In this document: in pieces, positions 8,015 to 17,045 of the stretch | How the letters are laid out: each line of letters opens with the position of its first letter | Position numbering within the stretch: position 1 is the stretch's first letter | NCBI RefSeq assembly: GCF_000478195.2 | Contig: NZ_AUZM01000026.1 | Location: 1 to 32,000 of the forward strand | Length of the DNA stretch: 32,000 nucleotides | Direction of reading: 5' to 3' | Origin: Lyngbya aestuarii BL J | GTDB lineage: Bacteria; Cyanobacteriota; Cyanobacteriia; Cyanobacteriales; Microcoleaceae | Made by a program: the position numbers and the translations under genes | The notes under the pieces: generated by a model | Databases searched by the model: none | The model's input: only the letters and a program-made list of their open reading frames with translations | What the model was told of the DNA's origin: nothing

Positions 8015-8242
8015 ATGCTAAACCCTATTTTAGTATCTGTTTTTAGCTTACTCTCTTTCGGCTTGGTCGCTTCTTCTCCGTTCTTTCAACACAATCTTCT
8101 CACTCAGTCACTATTGTTGAGTGAACTGCAAGTTGCTCAGACAAAATCCGAGTTCAATAAGTTGACCTTCCAACACCACACTGACACAGAAGATACTGCG
8201 CCTGATGCAAGCCGAGGAGATTCTCGTCGAACTTCATCATAG
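8015..8242 (+). CDS. 75-aa small protein with a signal-peptide-like N-terminus and an Arg-rich C-terminus (SRGDSRRTSS).
   Basis: ATG at 8015. MLNPILVSVFSLLSFGLVASS shares the FSLLS core with the neighbouring peptide. A strong terminator follows at 8332-8367. No family recognised. Confidence 0.45.
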   Translation: MLNPILVSVFSLLSFGLVASSPFFQHNLLTQSLLLSELQVAQTKSEFNKLTFQHHTDTEDTAPDASRGDSRRTSS

Positions 8243-8331
8243 TTTTAAGATCACAAAGTATCTCATCATTGATTCACTGGAGATCAATCCTGACTGCTAC
8301 CAACACACCATACAAGCTAGACTTGCTCCAC

Positions 8332-8367
8332 CCGGAATTCCTCTGTAGGAATTCCGGTATTTTTTTG
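8332..8367 (+). terminator. Strong rho-independent terminator between convergent genes.
   Basis: Perfect 11-bp stem ccggaattcct (8332-8342) with aggaattccgg (8347-8357), loop ctgt, then t-a-T8 (8358-8367). On the minus strand the same hairpin lies just past the tldD stop but has no U-tract. Confidence 0.85.
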
Positions 8368-8395
8368 GGCGGATAGAAAATCGAGCAAAAAGAGA

Positions 8396-9793
8396 TTAGG
8401 AAACTTCGCCTCCGACAACCACATTCCGAATTCTCAAACTTGGCCCGCCACAACCGACCGGTAAACCATTTTGTCCGCCTTTTCCACACCCTCCAGATTC
8501 ATCCCAATAAAAATCATTTCCAATCGCTTCAATATCAGCTAAAGTCGTAAATACATTTCCTGATAACGTCACATCTCGCACAGGTTCAGCTAGCTTTCCA
8601 TTCCGAATCATCCACGCTTCACCCGCACTAAAGGTAAACATTTCACCATTGGTCATTCCCCCCAACCAATTTCGTGCATAAACCCCTTGCTTGACTTCAC
8701 TGAATAAATCCTCAACCGCAGTATCTCCCCGTTCTATCCAAGTATTTGTCATGCGAACCAAAGGCCGATAATGATAGTTTAAACAGCGAGCATTTCCCGT
8801 CGGCGCTTCTCCTAACTTTCCCGCCGTTTCCCGAGAGTGTAGACGACCTACTAACGCCCCATCTTTGATTAATTGTGTTGTTGTTCCGGGTGTTCCTTCA
8901 TCATCGTAAAAATAGCTTCCCCGGTGTCCAGGAGGTTCCGCCCCATCAAAAATTTGCAGGTTTTTCGGCCCAAACTGACGCCCCAAAGTCATCACTTCCA
9001 ATAAGTCAGGGTTCTCATAGGTCATATCCGCTTCCGAAAGATGACCAAACGCTTCGTGAACAAATAAACCTGTTAAAATCGGATCAATGACTACAGTGTA
9101 AGTATTTCCTTTAACGGGAGGAAGATCTAGGGAATTCACCGCCCGTTGCGCTGCACTCTGAACTTGAGTATCAAGGTGAGTTAAATCTTCATAAGCCCGA
9201 CGTGATCCAGTGGTTTCCCGTCCTGTTTGTACGGTTTCCCCATTGCGGGCTGTCGCTGCGAAGCGCATTTCCATATCTACCCAAGCTTGTTCGAGGAATG
9301 TTCCTTCAGAAGTGGCTAGGAGAATACGCTGGGTGCTGTCATTGTAACGAACTGAAATCGTGGTAATGCGGGAATCAACACTTCGCAGAATATGGCCATA
9401 GCGATCGCAAAGTTCTTTCTTTTGCGCCAGAGGAACTTGACGGGGATCGGTTCCAGTTAAAGGTAAAATCCGAGTTTCCTGTACAATCGGAATCGGTGCG
9501 AGTAGGGTTTCTTCCTCACCGATGAGTTTCGCCGCAGTAATGGCTTGAGAAACTTGCTTCTCTAAACCTTCGAGTCGATTAAAACTCGCAAAACCCCAAC
9601 CCCCTTTATGACAGGCGCGAACTTGTCCACCAATTGAAAGGCCTTCGCTGAGGGTTTCAATGCGATCGCCTCTGAGTAAAATATCCGTTTCTTCAGCTTC
9701 TTCGACTCGAATTGCTAAATAATCGACCTGAGAACGATAGCGTTTAATTAAATCAGCCAGTACATTTTTGAGATCCGTGAGCAAAGTGGGCAT
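8396..9793 (-). CDS. tldD: TldD-family metalloprotease.
   Basis: 465 aa, ATG at 9791-9793. It has the HEAFGH zinc motif that distinguishes TldD from PmbA, and a Gly-rich C-terminus (GGCGKGGQNGLPVGCGGPSLRI) typical of the family. Confidence 0.9.
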   Translation of the reverse strand: MPTLLTDLKNVLADLIKRYRSQVDYLAIRVEEAEETDILLRGDRIETLSEGLSIGGQVRACHKGGWGFASFNRLEGLEKQVSQAITAAKLIGEEETLLAPIPIVQETRILPLTGTDPRQVPLAQKKELCDRYGHILRSVDSRITTISVRYNDSTQRILLATSEGTFLEQAWVDMEMRFAATARNGETVQTGRETTGSRRAYEDLTHLDTQVQSAAQRAVNSLDLPPVKGNTYTVVIDPILTGLFVHEAFGHLSEADMTYENPDLLEVMTLGRQFGPKNLQIFDGAEPPGHRGSYFYDDEGTPGTTTQLIKDGALVGRLHSRETAGKLGEAPTGNARCLNYHYRPLVRMTNTWIERGDTAVEDLFSEVKQGVYARNWLGGMTNGEMFTFSAGEAWMIRNGKLAEPVRDVTLSGNVFTTLADIEAIGNDFYWDESGGCGKGGQNGLPVGCGGPSLRIRNVVVGGEVS

Positions 9794-10105
9794 AATTTTG
9801 AAGCAACGTTAACAGTATGTTCCTACTATTTTGTATCAGACTATGGGAGGTCGTGAGGTCGTGAGGCCACCGAAAAAACAGTAAAAGCGGTGATTGCGAC
9901 TAATTGGTTCGGTTCTACGAATCTCCAAGTCGTCTCGATCTAGATATCCTGAGAGTCAGAGGGGATGCTAAGAATATTAAAAAATAGCGTCGAAGGTTCA
10001 GTCTTCCAACTTCTATATTAAAAATTAAAAGTTTATATTGGGTAGGCTGGAACTGAGTTAAGTTAACGATAAAGTTTTTGCAGTTTTTGAAGTCAAAGGC
10101 AGGAA

Positions 10106-11836
10106 ATGACCGTGAACCAGCTTCTACCAACCATTAGTGAAATTTTAGCGCGTCAAGGGTTAGAAAGTTCTCTAGATTTCTATCAAAATACAGTACCCTC
10201 TGGTGGCTCTAGTCCTTACACTGTTTATTATGCTAGCAAACAGCAACTCAAAGCTGAACGGGAGTGGTGTGGGGCAATTAAGGCAATTCATCAACTCCTC
10301 AGACAATTGATTATCCAACAAGATCGACAACGATCACGGACTTGTTGTTCTGAAGTTAGGAAAAAAGACTTGATTCACGCCACAGGACGAGAGACACTAA
10401 CCGAGGATAGATCCCCACCTGTGTTGACCACACCTCCACAGGGATTAGTGCTTTCTGGGCCTTCTCCGGTTTTAGTTCATCCCGCCTTAGCGTTGAATTT
10501 TGCGACTCAAGTTTTTGTTCCTCAGATACCCGGTTGGGAAGGGTTTTCCGTACCGACTCGACAAAGATTATCTTTACTTCCATCTTCTTCTAACGATTGT
10601 GAGGCTTCGGTTCCCCCAACTTTTGCGTTTCCATTATTACGCGACGATCCTCAAGCGAATGAACCGTTTTGTATTGTTTTAACTTCTCGGTTTAGTTTGG
10701 TCATGGTTTTGGGAGAAGATGCGAAAGGTTGTCCTGCGTTTCAATTTTCTTTTGATCCAGATGTGGTTGAACAAGCATTAGAATTGTTACGACGGCGATC
10801 GCTATCTATTCGTTCTCAAGCCGAGGGTCAATCTTCTGATCAATTCCCTGATCCGGTGAAGTTACTTGATCGTTGGATCGAACAATTTCCCCTTGTTGAT
10901 CCGAACTACAAAACTGTGATGCAATTCTCTCGTTTACTGTTAGAGAGTTTGCCTTTGGACTCCGAAAAACCCCGTGAAACCATGAGAATGCTTAACCCGG
11001 CTTCCAAACCTAAATCTCAGTCTCAGGAAGTCTTTGTTAATGTCTCTGGCCCTCAGCATTCTAATGGTCATTTACCTCATTCTCAAACCGCTGCTGATGG
11101 AAGTTTGGATGCTTCTCAAGTGGAGTTGATCCAAGCCATTTCCCATGAAGTTCGCACACCCCTGGCAACGATTCGCACGTTAACTCGATTATTATTAAAG
11201 CGTCAAAAATTTGATCCGGATATTGTTCGGAAACGGTTAGAGATGATCGATCATGAATGTACCACACAAATTGATCGGTTTAACCTAATTTTTCGTGCGG
11301 TTGAGTTAGAACTATCCCAAACTAAACAAGCCTCGGAAAACAAAACTCAAAAACCCTCTGTTCAACTCACGCCGATGTCGCTTGGAGATATCTTACAAAA
11401 TAGTCTTCCCCGTTGGCAAAAACAAGCAACTCAACGCAATCATACTCTAGAAGTTAATTTACCTCAAAAGTTACCTCATGTTGTTAGTGACCCGACGATG
11501 TTGGATCAAGTTCTGACGGGTGTGATTGAAAATTTTACTCGCAGTTTACCTTCGGGAAGTCATATTCAAGTTGAAGTTCGTTTGGCTGGACATCAGTTGA
11601 AATTACAACTCGAATCTCAATCTAAATCTCAGCAACCTTGTCCATTTGGAACAGCAACAAAGTCTTCTCTGAAGTCGATTGGACGGTTGTTAATGTTTCA
11701 GCCCGAAACGGGGGCGTTAAGTTTAAATATGGCGGTTACAAAAAATTTATTTGAGGCGCTTGGCGGTAAATTAGTCGTGCGACAACGATCTCAACAGGGT
11801 AAAGTGATGACGATTTTCTTACCGTTAAAAAGTTAA
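10106..11836 (+). CDS. Soluble sensor histidine kinase with a long unassigned N-terminal region and a degenerate HATPase domain.
   Basis: 576 aa, ATG at 10106. The H-box is ELIQAISHEVRTPLATIRTL. The C-terminal domain keeps an N-box-like VLTGVIENFTR. However, ESQSKS stands where DxGxG is expected and ETGALSLNM where GxGLG is expected. Confidence 0.8.
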   Translation: MTVNQLLPTISEILARQGLESSLDFYQNTVPSGGSSPYTVYYASKQQLKAEREWCGAIKAIHQLLRQLIIQQDRQRSRTCCSEVRKKDLIHATGRETLTEDRSPPVLTTPPQGLVLSGPSPVLVHPALALNFATQVFVPQIPGWEGFSVPTRQRLSLLPSSSNDCEASVPPTFAFPLLRDDPQANEPFCIVLTSRFSLVMVLGEDAKGCPAFQFSFDPDVVEQALELLRRRSLSIRSQAEGQSSDQFPDPVKLLDRWIEQFPLVDPNYKTVMQFSRLLLESLPLDSEKPRETMRMLNPASKPKSQSQEVFVNVSGPQHSNGHLPHSQTAADGSLDASQVELIQAISHEVRTPLATIRTLTRLLLKRQKFDPDIVRKRLEMIDHECTTQIDRFNLIFRAVELELSQTKQASENKTQKPSVQLTPMSLGDILQNSLPRWQKQATQRNHTLEVNLPQKLPHVVSDPTMLDQVLTGVIENFTRSLPSGSHIQVEVRLAGHQLKLQLESQSKSQQPCPFGTATKSSLKSIGRLLMFQPETGALSLNMAVTKNLFEALGGKLVVRQRSQQGKVMTIFLPLKS

Positions 11837-11856
11837 ATATTAGAGGGTAATAACAG

Positions 11857-11890
11857 AGAAACCCAGTTTTTTGGAGAAACCGGGTTTCTG
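11857..11890. terminator. Palindromic element with a T6 run between convergent genes; probable terminator region.
   Basis: agaaaccc (11857-11864), T6 (11867-11872), agaaacc (11875-11881) and gggtttct (11882-11889) allow alternative hairpins. The geometry is not canonical for either strand. Confidence 0.35.
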
Positions 11891-11928
11891 AAAGCTATTA
11901 AATTTATTAACTGTCTGATTCACTTGAT

Positions 11929-12726
11929 TCAGTAATCAGCTCTATAGTGTTCTAAGTCCATATCGGAAATTTCTTGAGCGGTCACCAGTTTATAATGCTT
12001 TTCTTCAACTATTCTAACCTCCGAATCACTTATAGTTAACTCAAATATTGAGATTAAATTATTATCAATAAACTGAGCGGATACCGGACGACAAACTAAT
12101 TCTGGAAATTTTTCTGTACAGTATGCAAGATCTTGTTTCGTCTGAACAACACTAATTTGATCGCTTCCACTTTTAGCTTGAACGGGTACAATAAACTGAG
12201 ATCCTCTTTGATTTAACCCTACATAAACCTCATCTATTTCTATCTGACCGATTTCACGAACAGTTGTTCTCAAATGATTTTGCAAAGAATAAGCGGTAAT
12301 CCCTAAAAAGATATCGATTAACCTATTGTATCTAATCTTTGCAAGCAGAGCCTGTTCATCACCCGATGAATATTTTTCAACGATTTCAGGAGTTGAATCG
12401 GGAATTTTGATTTCAACTAAACTCATATTCGGTACAATACGGTTGACTCGTTCTAAGCTAAATCGGTAGACTCCTCGACCTGCTAATTCTATTATCCATT
12501 CCAAATCAGGAGGTTGAGTCTCTCTGATTTCTTGAGGTAAAGGTCTACGAAATCGATAACTATAAATTACATCACCGCAGTTTTTAGCACTTAGACCCAG
12601 ATTTCTTCCAATATCTACAATTTCTTCCCGACTAAATTCAAATTGATTAAGTCCGGGTTCATAGTAACGAAAGAAAATTTCTCGGATCGTAGAACTATAG
12701 ATTCTCGATTTTTCTAATCTGCTCAT
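11929..12726 (-). CDS. Putative type II restriction endonuclease (PD-(D/E)XK-like), cognate to the upstream methyltransferase.
   Basis: It lies immediately downstream of the C5 MTase on the same strand. With ATG 12726 (MSRLEK) the gap is 13 nt. With the track start at 12771 the two genes overlap by 32 nt. It carries a candidate catalytic motif EID-x17-QAK (IEIDEVYVGLNQRGSQFIVPVQAKSG). It looks AT-rich. No family is recognised by eye. Confidence 0.55.
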   Translation of the reverse strand: MSRLEKSRIYSSTIREIFFRYYEPGLNQFEFSREEIVDIGRNLGLSAKNCGDVIYSYRFRRPLPQEIRETQPPDLEWIIELAGRGVYRFSLERVNRIVPNMSLVEIKIPDSTPEIVEKYSSGDEQALLAKIRYNRLIDIFLGITAYSLQNHLRTTVREIGQIEIDEVYVGLNQRGSQFIVPVQAKSGSDQISVVQTKQDLAYCTEKFPELVCRPVSAQFIDNNLISIFELTISDSEVRIVEEKHYKLVTAQEISDMDLEHYRADY

Positions 12727-12739
12727 ATCTAAACTAAAG

Positions 12740-14047
12740 TTATGATTTTTTCTTGCGAGTTCTCGGTGCAATGATATGAGGATCTACACCATAATACTTT
12801 GCTGCTTGCGACATATCAAATCGCAGTAATTGTTCATCTCCGAGTTTGATTTTATCTTGGGGTTTTTCGGGTTGAATCTTTAATAATTTCATAATTTCCG
12901 CTGCGACTGCTTGGGCGAGTAAAGGGGGAACAGAGTTGCCAATTTGACGACAACCATGCCATTTTGTCACATGAAACCTAAACCAATCGGGATAAGAATG
13001 CAGTCTAGCGGCTTCTCTGACGGTAATACATCGAGGGATAAAAGGATGAATGGGACGAGGAGAAGTATAAGCCCCTCGACTACTCGGAGTTCCCGCCCTC
13101 AAGGTATTACATAAACCATCAGGATCAAGTTTATGAAAACGGCTAATAGGTTCTGTTTTTCCGGGAGGTGTTGCTGCGAATCTTTCGATAGATTCTATAC
13201 TGTGTTCGGTTCTGAGACTCGAAGTTAATTGTCGAGAATTGTATTGACGCGGATAAGAATAATCGTTTGTCGTTTTAACTATTCCTCTTAGTATTTTAGC
13301 ATACATACTCGGTTTAGAAAAACGAACATTCGCCCAATCTTGTTGGGTTAATTCGGGATAATTCTCGATTTTAGGTAAATCCTGTAATGCTTCTCGAACC
13401 GTGGGAGTTTGAGGAAGATGAGAATAACGTTTTGCAACTGGGGAATAGGGCGGTTGAAAAGTGGGTTCAGGATAATTGGGTAATACTAAATCTTGCCGAC
13501 ATCCGAGTAAAAATAATCGTTCACGCTTCTGAGGAACACCATAATAAGCGGCATTTAATACTTGATAGGGTTGGCGAACACGATAACCATAATACTCAAA
13601 TTTATTAATCAATTCTTGAATAAAAGTCTGATGCTTTCCTGATGCTATTCCTTTGACATTTTCAAAGACAAAATATTTGGGTCTGAGTTCAGCAACAATT
13701 CGCACAAAATGAAAGACTAATAAATTTCGAGAATCTTCTAACAATCGTTTGCCAATCAGTGAAAATCCTTGACAGGGAGGCCCTCCAAAGATAACATCTA
13801 TGTCTTGATTTTTAATTTTAGAATCAATTCTAATTTTATCACTAGAAAGTTTGCTAATATCTTCACAAAATACTGACCAAAGTGGAAAGTTGTATTGGTG
13901 AACTGCACAATGAATGGGATCAATTTCCCCCGCAGCCAGAACATCAAACCCCGCCTGTTCAAAGCCGAGTGTCATTCCTCCGGCTCCCGCAAATAAGTCA
14001 ACAGCAATTGGTCTTTTCGTTTTCACAGTTTGAAGCTGATCTAGCAT
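12740..14047 (-). CDS. DNA (cytosine-5)-methyltransferase.
   Basis: 435 aa. Motif I is DLFAGAGGMTLGF, motif IV GGPPCQGFS, motif VI FENV, motif VIII QKRERLFLLG and motif X GNSVPPLLAQAVA. Confidence 0.95.
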   Translation of the reverse strand: MLDQLQTVKTKRPIAVDLFAGAGGMTLGFEQAGFDVLAAGEIDPIHCAVHQYNFPLWSVFCEDISKLSSDKIRIDSKIKNQDIDVIFGGPPCQGFSLIGKRLLEDSRNLLVFHFVRIVAELRPKYFVFENVKGIASGKHQTFIQELINKFEYYGYRVRQPYQVLNAAYYGVPQKRERLFLLGCRQDLVLPNYPEPTFQPPYSPVAKRYSHLPQTPTVREALQDLPKIENYPELTQQDWANVRFSKPSMYAKILRGIVKTTNDYSYPRQYNSRQLTSSLRTEHSIESIERFAATPPGKTEPISRFHKLDPDGLCNTLRAGTPSSRGAYTSPRPIHPFIPRCITVREAARLHSYPDWFRFHVTKWHGCRQIGNSVPPLLAQAVAAEIMKLLKIQPEKPQDKIKLGDEQLLRFDMSQAAKYYGVDPHIIAPRTRKKKS

Positions 14048-14152
14048 TATTGAAATGAGTTATCTTGATTTTACCATCAGGGTTGATTATAACATCATAG
14101 GAAGATAATATGAAAGTTGTAGATCAAATTATCTTTCAGTAGATATTCACCT

Positions 14153-14815
14153 ATGAAAAATAACAGTAACAATAAAAAAGCTGGGGAATTTGTTCATCAG
14201 ATGAGTGTACAGCGTCGTCAAAAAGCCATCCGTTTTTATTTGATTGCGTTGGGTTTTGTGGGGGGAGTTCTGTTAGTTTTTTTAATCTTTGACCCATTGG
14301 GTTTAGGGTTTTTATTGGGTTTAGGGGGAGGAATTGGAGCTTATTATTTTTGGAAAAAAGGTCAATATTGGATGAGACGTTCTGATCAAGCTTTAGTCGG
14401 TGCAAAAGCAGAACAGGAAGTTGCTGTTATTCTTCAGCTTTTAACCGGAAAAAATTGGCAAATTGAATACAATCTTCCTTTGAAACGATGGGGAGATGCG
14501 GATGTTGTTTTATGTTCACGTCAAAGAAATTGGTATGTGATTGATGTGAAATCTCACAAGGGCAGAATTGTGAGTAAAGATAATTATCTCAAAAGAGATA
14601 ATGGTCGTCAAATCTATGATTTTTCTGAGGGAAATTTATTAAGCAAAGTTAGAGGACAAGCGGCGGAGGTGAGGCAACTCAAACAAGCAAAATGGGTGAC
14701 TCCTCTATTGTGTTTTACTCAAGCTCAAGTTAAAATTGATCAAAATAATATTAATGGAGTTTATATCGTTGAGAAGACTGACTTAATTAGGATTTTAGAA
14801 AAACTAGAGGGTTAA
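14153..14815 (+). CDS. Membrane-anchored NERD (nuclease-related) domain protein.
   Basis: 220 aa. It has two hydrophobic helices (IRFYLIALGFVGGVLLVFLIF and LGFLLGLGGGIGAYYFW). A NERD-like core follows: GAKAEQEVAVILQLL ... GDADVVLCSRQRNWYVIDVKSHKG. Confidence 0.7.
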   Translation: MKNNSNNKKAGEFVHQMSVQRRQKAIRFYLIALGFVGGVLLVFLIFDPLGLGFLLGLGGGIGAYYFWKKGQYWMRRSDQALVGAKAEQEVAVILQLLTGKNWQIEYNLPLKRWGDADVVLCSRQRNWYVIDVKSHKGRIVSKDNYLKRDNGRQIYDFSEGNLLSKVRGQAAEVRQLKQAKWVTPLLCFTQAQVKIDQNNINGVYIVEKTDLIRILEKLEG

Positions 14816-15273
14816 TTTTTGAGATGACGATCATTAGATTTATGAATATTTTTATAACAACTCAATCCCTCAACCTCTGTTAATAATTCTCTCGTCAAAT
14901 TTTTGGATTAACTAAGGTTGAGTGTTCTAAATAGTAAGTTTAAAAATAGTGGTGTCAAACGAACTTAACGAGCATTTCACCTAGATTTCAGAGGGCTGCC
15001 ATTTAATCAGTCTCATTAGTAACAGTTCATAAAATCTTAAGATGACATTGGGTAAACTTGGCTCAATTTTACTTTCACAAGTTTAAATTCGATTCACTCA
15101 AACTCTGAAATCAATCGTGAGATCAATTGTAGCATCGGTATATTGAAGAGATGAGAAAATTTGATTATAATGTCGGAATATGCCGTGAACTCAAATGCTA
15201 AAATCCTGCGCTAAAATGACGCAGTGACGCTACAACGTTCAGCAAAGCCAACCTCAAAAGGGAGAATTTTCCC

Positions 15274-16269
15274 ATGAACTTAGAGACTGCAACTATTCCG
15301 ACGGCAGAGAATTTAACAAAAATGGATGATGCTGTCGGGGCATTATTCAAACGAATGGCTCGTTATCCTCTTTTGAAAGCAAATGAGGAAATCGAACTGG
15401 CTCGACAGATTAAAGCGTTAGTGACGTTTAAGGAGTTAGAAGAAGAATTAACCCATGAACTCGGAAGATGTCCACAATCTTCAGAATTAGCAACGGCGAC
15501 GGGGTTAAGTGAAGCTGAACTTAACCATCAGTTTCAGCAAGGTATAATTGCCAAGCAGAAAATGATCAGCTCGAATTTGCGATTGGTGGTTTCTATTGCC
15601 AAACGTTATATTAATAGAGGTGTTCCGTTTTTGGATTTGATTCAAGAAGGCGCACTGGGGTTAAACCGAGCCACAGAAAAATTTGATCCCGATAAAGGAT
15701 ATAAATTCTCAACCTATGCCTATTGGTGGATTCGTCAGGGAATTACCCGCACGATTGCCAATCAAGGACGGACTGTTCGCCTTCCGGTTCATGTGGTTGA
15801 ACAACTCAATAAATTACAAGGAATTCATCAAGATTTAAGACGCCAACTTCGTCGAAAACCAACAGAAGATGAACTCGCAGAAGCGTTATCGATTTCTCCC
15901 CAACAACTCCGTCTTCTCGAACAAGTCCGTCGCAAATCTCTATCTCTCAATCATCGAATTGGTTCAGAGGAAAACTCAGAATTAATGGATTTGTTGGAAG
16001 ACTACGAAAGTCTCTCACCAGAATCGCAAATTAATGAACTGATGATGCGACAAGAGTTGCTAGAAGTGTTGCGTTCGGTTTTAAATGAACGAGAGCAAGA
16101 TATTTTATCCCTGCGTTATGGTTTAACGACAGGCGTATCTTACACCTTAGATGAGGTGAGCGGAATGTGTAGCCTCTCTCGTGAACGAGTTCGTCAAATT
16201 CAAGCTAAAGCCATGCGAAAACTGCGTCGTCCCCAAGTCGCCGAGCGCTTGAAAGGATGGATTAAGTAA
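15274..16269 (+). CDS. Sigma-70 family sigma factor, probably group 2.
   Basis: 331 aa, with gggaga 9 nt upstream of the ATG. Region 2 reads LDLIQEGALGLNRATEKFDPDKGYKFSTYAYWWIRQGITR. Region 3 reads VRLPVHVVEQLNKL. Region 4.2 reads SRERVRQIQAKAMRKLR. Confidence 0.9.
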   Translation: MNLETATIPTAENLTKMDDAVGALFKRMARYPLLKANEEIELARQIKALVTFKELEEELTHELGRCPQSSELATATGLSEAELNHQFQQGIIAKQKMISSNLRLVVSIAKRYINRGVPFLDLIQEGALGLNRATEKFDPDKGYKFSTYAYWWIRQGITRTIANQGRTVRLPVHVVEQLNKLQGIHQDLRRQLRRKPTEDELAEALSISPQQLRLLEQVRRKSLSLNHRIGSEENSELMDLLEDYESLSPESQINELMMRQELLEVLRSVLNEREQDILSLRYGLTTGVSYTLDEVSGMCSLSRERVRQIQAKAMRKLRRPQVAERLKGWIK

Positions 16270-16501
16270 AACTTAGAATGGGGGAGAGGGTTAGCAACGG
16301 ACAAAAAACAGAAGTAGCAGATTTAATTGACGAGGGGATTGATCAATCTCTAAATCTTCTCATGGGTAAATCTTCATTTTTCCTGTGTTCATCTGCTTTT
16401 TATTGTACAATGGTTGTTTTGATTGATGATCAGATAACTGACGATTTTCGAGCAGAGATTTGATCGGTTTGCTCGAATCTATCCTTCTCCTTTTTACTTT
16501 T

Positions 16502-16999
16502 ATGGCCTTAGACTTTATTTTACGTTTTGCGACACCTGATGATGTTCCAGCTATCTTTGAGTTAATTAAAGCTTTAGCGGAATATGAAAAATTATCGGAT
16601 CAGGTAAGCGGTAGTGTTGAGGAGTTGAAGCAACATCTATTTGGTGAACATCCCTATGCTGAAGTCGTGCTGGCGGAGTTAGAGGAAAAAGCGGTTGGTT
16701 TTGCTCTATTTTTTCATAACTATTCTACCTTTTTAACACAACCGGGGATTTATTTAGAAGATTTATTTGTTTTACCTGAATATCGCAGTCAGGGTATTGG
16801 TAAAGCTTTGATTGTTTATGTGGCTCAGTTAGCTGTGTTTCGAGGTTGTGGACGCTTTGAATGGAGTGTTTTAGATTGGAATCAACCTGCAATTGATTTC
16901 TACAAATATATGGGAGCTTCTCTCCTCGAAGAATGGCGAATTTGTCGGGTGACAGGTGAAGCTTTAACTCAAATGAGTCAACAACTTCCCAATCGATGA
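16502..16999 (+). CDS. GNAT N-acetyltransferase, diamine/spermidine acetyltransferase-like.
   Basis: From ATG 16502 (MALDFILRFATPDDVPAIFELIKALAEYEKL). The acetyl-CoA motif is YRSQGIGKAL. The track start at 16460 is a TTG extension. Confidence 0.85.
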   Translation: MALDFILRFATPDDVPAIFELIKALAEYEKLSDQVSGSVEELKQHLFGEHPYAEVVLAELEEKAVGFALFFHNYSTFLTQPGIYLEDLFVLPEYRSQGIGKALIVYVAQLAVFRGCGRFEWSVLDWNQPAIDFYKYMGASLLEEWRICRVTGEALTQMSQQLPNR

Positions 17000-17045
17000 T
17001 CCAATAAAATGATAAAATAGATAGGGTTTTAAGGGAGAGTCACCT

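Noticed and set aside
9857-9874. Tandem octamer ggtcgtga x2 (ggtcgtgaggtcgtgagg) in the tldD/kinase divergent promoter region.
   Set aside because: Only two short copies are present. No known motif matches and there is no further periodicity.
9903-9925. tRNA-like T-arm resemblance (ggttcggttctacgaatc).
   Set aside because: No acceptor, D or anticodon stems can be drawn around it, so it is not a tRNA.
9915-10130. Intergenic or edge ORFs with no support: 9915-10130, 4307-4534, 8274-8489, 14151-14405, 16278-16463, 28953-29135 and 29761-29991.
   Set aside because: They have no RBS or family features. They overlap promoter or terminator regions or the starts of better genes, and their composition looks non-coding.
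14869-14922. 8-bp inverted repeat ctcaacct/aggttgag downstream of the NERD gene, considered as a terminator.
   Set aside because: The loop is 37 nt and no U-tract follows. It is too weak to call.
15129-15171. NtcA-type promoter upstream of the sigma factor gene: GTAgcatcggtATA, with TATAAT 23 nt downstream.
   Set aside because: The left half and the spacing are good, but the right half reads ATA instead of TAC. The conserved GT-N10-AC is therefore not satisfied.
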